A stretch of 54,014 nt of DNA, filler included, from Sluysia triapertura (Eukaryota), in NCBI GenBank assembly GCA_046118255.1. It is 4 parts of 4 records of this genome, joined end to end, with 100 filler letters (N's around TTAATTAATTAA, not from the genome) between each part and the next. Parts side by side here need not be neighbours in the genome. Positions count along the whole stretch, not along the records: positions 41,276 to 54,014 come from JBJNIA010084918.1; 3 more parts are not named here. One strand, 5' to 3'. The stretch's first letter is position 1. The number at the start of each line of letters is the position of its first letter. The notes under the pieces were generated by a model. It worked only from the letters and a program-made list of their open reading frames with translations. It had not been told where the DNA came from and did not search any database. The position numbers were made by a program, and so were the translations under genes. This document shows positions 53,201-54,014 of this stretch, piece by piece.

Positions 53201-53253
53201 TATATCGACAATTAATTTAAAATTCAGATTTAAAATTAACTTTAATGGGAAAT

Positions 53254-53268
53254 AAGACTTAAGGTCTT
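53254..53268 (-). other. CTTAA-loop hairpin (AAGAC-CTTAA-GTCTT)
   Basis: Perfect 5-bp stem inside the 3' end of the RPAP3-containing ORF, read as D-L-K-S. Confidence 0.75.
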
Positions 53269-53589
53269 TTGAATTATTATCATTTCTAAAATTGCTTTTA
53301 TTAAAAAAAAGAAATCTGGAATAACAACGAGAATTAATATATTTAACAAAAAATTTAGTAGGCGTAACAAAAGTCATACACAAGACATCATATAATATAG
53401 AGTTCATTTTAAAATGCAGTTCAATAACTGTCAGTAATTGAATATCACTAAGAATTTCAAAGTTATGAACAATAAATATAAAAAGTGAATGTTCTAACGA
53501 ATTAAAGAGGAAAGTTGGAAACGCTAGCTGCACGTCTTGATTGACAAAAAAAAACTCGAACCGAACATACCAGAGAAGTGCATTCTTTT

Positions 53590-54014
53590 TCTTTTCTTCT
53601 TTTACTGGGACCTCAGTACTTTCCAGTTTATCAGGATTTACTTCTACAATAGAAACTGAATGCATTGGACCATCATAACCTCTACTAGGCAGAGGTTTAT
53701 CGAATATTGGTTTAACGACACCTCGCGGACTTAGTTCTTCAAGCATTAATTTTGCAGCTTTATTTTCGGGTTCAAATTTTAATACGATTTTAAAATCATC
53801 AATAGCTTCATCAAACATTGAAAGATTTTTTTCGCATAGAGCTCGTCTGAAAAATGCCTTAACGTTTAAACTATCATATTCTATAACTTTATTGCAATCT
53901 TTAAAACCATTTTGAAAATCATTTAATTTAATATAAGCCATAGCACGATTACAATATAGAGTTGCATTTTTTGAATCTAACTCAAGGCCTTTACTGTATT
54001 CTTTAATGGTTTCA
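53590..54014 (-). CDS. RPAP3: RPAP3-like TPR co-chaperone segment (runs off the window edge); the frame stays open to 53180 through unrelated sequence
   Basis: TPR clamp (LYCNRAMAYIKL, VKAFFRRA, FEPENKAA) followed by VKPIFDKP...PMHSVSIVEV, resembling the RPAP3 post-TPR segment. The RPAP3 C-terminal domain is not seen. Confidence 0.7.

Overview
Very AT-rich (roughly 75-80% AT by eye), repeat-dense EUKARYOTIC DNA, probably from a ciliated invertebrate (GT-AG introns of 40-83 nt, GTP-type PEPCK, DNAJB13, STT3, GSK3 and RPAP3 sequences). It consists of four segments joined by artificial 100-nt spacers (N44-TTAATTAATTAA-N44), so adjacency across the spacers is not established. The only clearly normal host gene is the 3' part of PEPCK; the RPAP3-like TPR gene at the right edge may also be normal. 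The rest is decayed transposons: piggyBac MITE and transposase, hAT ends, an L2 LINE tail, Tc1-like and Ty3/gypsy remnants, and one retroelement with a chuvirus-like glycoprotein between gag and protease. The standout signal is a candidate gene-fragment packing and shuffling system. Several long ORFs are mosaics of unrelated host genes (DNAJB13+unknown+STT3; unknown+DNAJB13; GSK3+unknown; RPAP3+unrecognised tail). DNAJB13 is circularly permuted and cut exactly at its conserved intron-1 position. Four ORFs (three of them the longest in the window) run in the same frame through a covarying stem-CTTAA-stem hairpin near their 3' ends. A related hairpin tips a family of TGT...ACA elements, one subfamily of which carries a tRNA-like Pol III unit and makes 4-bp TSDs. 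All protein identifications come from recognising motifs by eye; no searches were run.
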